This document shows positions 46,124 through 49,023 of a DNA stretch of 49,023 nucleotides, one piece after another. Below the pieces are notes generated by a model. It was not told the origin of the DNA. It saw only the letters and a list, made by a program, of their open reading frames with translations, and ran no database searches. The stretch's first letter is position 1; each line of letters begins with the position of its first letter. Location: NCBI GenBank assembly GCA_001938485.1, contig MQRK01222846.1, positions 36,839 to 85,861 on the forward strand, in the 5' to 3' direction. The stretch comes from Girardia tigrina. Lineage: Eukaryota. The translations under genes and the position numbers were made by a program.

Positions 46124-46726
46124 TCACCAACATTTGACAATACTCCCAAACCGGCAAAGCCAACAGTCAATGGAATTGTCAATGTACCCAATGTTCATTT
46201 TTAACAAAAAATATAAACACAATTGCCCACACAATCTCGTGCCATAAGGTTGTACTTGTACAGTATTACACAAACATCTTGGAATATTATCCAATGGTTC
46301 TACACCAAAAGGATCAAAATAAAAGGAAAATGGATCCGAAAGATCTTTTGTATTACAATGTTTAATATTATCATTAAAGTATGCAACCCAATGACTTCCT
46401 TTTTCATTACTATCCTGATAAATAATTATTGATAATTTTTTCCCCATTATTTTTTCATCAATCTCATCTGCCATCAAAACTTGAAATTTATCACCGAAAT
46501 ATAATTTTGTTTTTGCCGACTCCATCAATTGTTCATTACTTATTGTGTCAACACCAAACATTTTCATAAATTCTTCGAGATTTAATATTTCTATTGGAGA
46601 TACACTTTTTAAATTTTTTATTTTTATAGGAGTTAAACTATTTATATCACCCGAAGGATAATATTTCGATGAAGGTAATTTTCGATACATCATTCCATTT
46701 ATTTCTCGAAACTTTTCATTAGGCAT
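46124..46726 (-). CDS. Adenain-like cysteine protease (Polinton capsid maturation protease)
   Basis: GSHWVAY (His), FYFDPFG (Asp), VQPYGTRLCGQLCLYFL (Gln, Cys): complete adenain-family catalytic set in an intact 200-aa ORF. Confidence 0.93.
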   Translation of the reverse strand: MPNEKFREINGMMYRKLPSSKYYPSGDINSLTPIKIKNLKSVSPIEILNLEEFMKMFGVDTISNEQLMESAKTKLYFGDKFQVLMADEIDEKIMGKKLSIIIYQDSNEKGSHWVAYFNDNIKHCNTKDLSDPFSFYFDPFGVEPLDNIPRCLCNTVQVQPYGTRLCGQLCLYFLLKMNIGYIDNSIDCWLCRFGSIVKCW

Positions 46727-46728
46727 TT

Positions 46729-47591
46729 TTATTTTTTTATTTTATTTTTATAATTTAAAAAACACTTTGTCTCAATCGCAAACATATTTACACGTTCATT
46801 ATTAAAGTTGATCATTCGACCTTTATTATCAATAACTCTCACAACAAATTCATTTATTTCATACAAATATAGAGGGTAATAAGTTACAAAAGCAGAACGT
46901 TCATTGATCTTGTATCCAATTGGTACTGTGAATGCCGGGAAAGAATAAATAATATTTGTATTTTTTATTGCTTCTTTACTTGATTCCATTGAAACATATC
47001 CCCCATTGGCTATTGAACAATCGATATTACAAATATTTATATCTGTGATTTGAAATGTATATTTTGATTCATAATCTTTTATTGTTGGTATAGCAATATT
47101 TTTTTAATAGTAAATGATTTAAGACCAGGATATTTATCAATAGATAATCTACCAAATCCATGCATAGTATGCAAGAAAGATTTTTTATCGAATTCAACAT
47201 GATAATTTTCAGCGATTGTTATTTTTGAAAATGATTTTTTTTCATCGGTTACAAATTTAACTGCTTTATTTGTCATTTGTTCAATTGTTTCATTGATTTC
47301 CGCGAAAACTCTTGCACCATTTTTCAGCATTAATTTCACATAAACATAATCAGCCTCATATTTTCGTTCTCCTTTGATTTCAGCTGGCATCGTTTTACCT
47401 TTATAAAACAGAAAAAATGAATTATTTTCATCATGAATATTATAAACGGTATTATAACTCGAAAACCACACCAAACCAATCTCATATCGAAATTTAGGAT
47501 CCAAATTCAATTGCATAGGCATTTGAACACGGATTTCTGATTTTTTACCCGATAGTGTAAAAGTTGTAGAAAATCCACTTACCTCACCCAT
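46729..47591 (-). pseudogene. Polinton minor capsid (penton, PX-like) gene, frameshifted
   Basis: TFTLSGKKSE..LNLD..YEIGL...SYNTVYNI..NNSF N-terminus; IDCSIANGGY..IIYSFP..VPIGYKINE..YYP..INEFVVRVIDNKGRMINFNNERV C-terminus. Frameshift in an A7 run at ~47100; probably a second one near 46785. Confidence 0.85.
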
Positions 47592-47860
47592 TTTTTAAAA
47601 ATTTTTTTTACAAACCTTCGTTTGTTAGGTACTAAAAATCTTTCGTAATAAATCAATAGCTTTTCTTTTGAAATTAGTTTTTTTCGTTTTAATTTTTCAA
47701 TCGTTTCAAGAATATTATCATCAACACCATCATGCCCGGCTTTACGTGCTGCGATTTGACGATAAAGATATGAAAATAATGATATTGGATTTGATGATGT
47801 TAATCCTCGACCCCCTTTCTTAAAGTTTTTTCTCTCATTTATCATATTTTTACAATTTTC
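47579..47860 (-). pseudogene. C-terminal part of a conserved Polinton ORF upstream of the penton gene
   Basis: GRGL..SNPISLFSYL..IAARKAGHDGVDDNILETIEKLKRKKLISKE resembles the recurrent Polinton pattern G.Gl...dP..L...L.....s..AGn......I..I.d.L.....I; its stop overlaps the penton start by 13 nt. Confidence 0.6.
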
Positions 47861-49023
47861 TATATATCGATGATTTCTTGTCGGTCTTCCAAAGGGGTAC
47901 CCTGCATTTAAGGATCCATGAGCCTTGTTTCTGTCTGGTCGTTGATTTTTTCGGCTCTGACATTCTTTACATTTTCCTATTCTTATTCTAACATCAAAAG
48001 ACATACCTGGCCAGTAGAATTTCTCCTTTAAAAGAGCTGTAGTTTTGCTGANNNNNNNNNNNNNNNNNNNNNNNNNNNNNNNNNNNNNNNNNNNNNNNNN
48101 NNNNNNNNNNNNNNNNNNNNNNNNNNNNNNNNNNNNNNNNNNNNNNNNNNNNNNNNNNNNNNNNNNNNNNNNNNNNNNNNNNNNNNNNNNNNNNNNNNNN
48201 NNNNNNNNNNNNNNNNNNNNNNNNNNNNNNNGATATTGATCTTCAACGTTTTTGTTTTTCATAAGTTTAATTATCAAAGCCAGATTATTATCATCCGTCT
48301 GACAGACCTCTTCTTCTTCCATTGCTATCCGCCGGCAGTAGACAACAGCTTTTATATCATTTTGATTTTCATTGCAATATTTAACATTTCGTTTTGCCTT
48401 CGGATTTTCGTGGCTCATTGAACATTGCTGGCATTGCTCTGGCGCTCGGGATAGAGCGTCCGCACTCTTATGTTCTTCTCCTTTCCGGTATTGGATATCC
48501 ATATCAAAGACACTCAATTCATTGAACCATGAACTAAATCGACTTGTACTCGGTGTTTTCCTATTCATCATCCAGCATAGAGCTTTGTGATCAGTTCTTA
48601 TACTAAATCTTCTTCCAAATAAATAGTGTCTAAACATTTTTGTGTATTTATAGACACTCAGTAACTCTTTTCTTGTCACACAATAATGTTGTTCTGCTGT
48701 AGACAACTTATGCAAAGCGTAGGCTATTACGTTTTCATCACCACTTTGCACTTGAGAAAGGACGCATCCAATCGTGTTATCACATGCATCCGTATCCAAT
48801 ATGAATTGGTCGTAGCTATTCGGAACTGCTAAAATTGGCGCGGTCATTAAACATTGTTTCAAATGAAGAAATGCGTCACCCAAACAGGCTGACCATTGCT
48901 ACGAGTGTAATTTTCTAGTCCTAGCTTTGTTCCAACAGTCTTTACATGCGTCTTCTAATGGTGCAACAATTTTGGCGTACTCTTTAATATAATTGCGATA
49001 GTATCCGCAAAGTCCAAGAAATT
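47861..49023 (-). mobile_element. pol: Ty3/gypsy LTR retrotransposon pol fragment (RT thumb, RNase H, integrase Zn-binding region), defective
   Basis: FLGLCGYYRNYIKEYAKIVAPL, APILAVP, FILDTDAC, YCVTRKELL, RTDHKAL, ADALSR, FYWPGM..CKECQ. In-frame TAG near 48900; integrase core truncated; N gap at 48052-48231. Confidence 0.95.

Larger units (their letters stand above)
42994..47860. mobile_element. Polinton/Maverick (adintovirus-like) endogenous viral element, one end only
   Basis: Abrupt AGTAG start with a GC-rich repeat-laden terminal region; intronless, abutting genes for an adenain-like protease and a penton-like protein. No pPolB, ATPase or major capsid gene lies within the window. Confidence 0.85.

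Noticed and set aside
47579-48883. 434-aa ORF as one functional protein
   Set aside because: It crosses a 180-nt N gap so the frame is unverified, has a non-ATG start just after an in-frame stop in pol, and joins gypsy and Polinton sequence.

Overview
Very AT-rich, transposon-littered eukaryotic (animal) genomic DNA with several N gaps. The 48-55 bp minimal introns, 9-13 kb TE-filled introns and abundant mariners would fit a planarian-type genome, but that host assignment is inference only. Most of the window (3571-38782, minus strand) is one 8-exon gene that I assembled by hand into a 655-aa FGD/frabin-family protein (DH-PH-FYVE-PH). Its DH catalytic motifs and FYVE lipid-binding motifs are strongly degenerate. 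Its introns and flanks hold many dead mariner/Tc1 (including DD41D), hAT and piggyBac-type elements and MITEs, a 5'-truncated 5S rRNA copy and a six-copy dispersed repeat. From 42994 to about 47860 lies one end of a Polinton/Maverick (adintovirus-like) endogenous virus. It has an AGTAG terminus, a GC-rich array of RFX X-box motifs, a first ORF with an E1A/E7-like LxCxE motif, and convergent tightly packed genes for an adenain-like protease, a penton (minor capsid) protein and a conserved small ORF. These genes are joined without an LTR to a Ty3/gypsy pol fragment that runs off the window end. No searches were run; all family calls rest on motif recognition.
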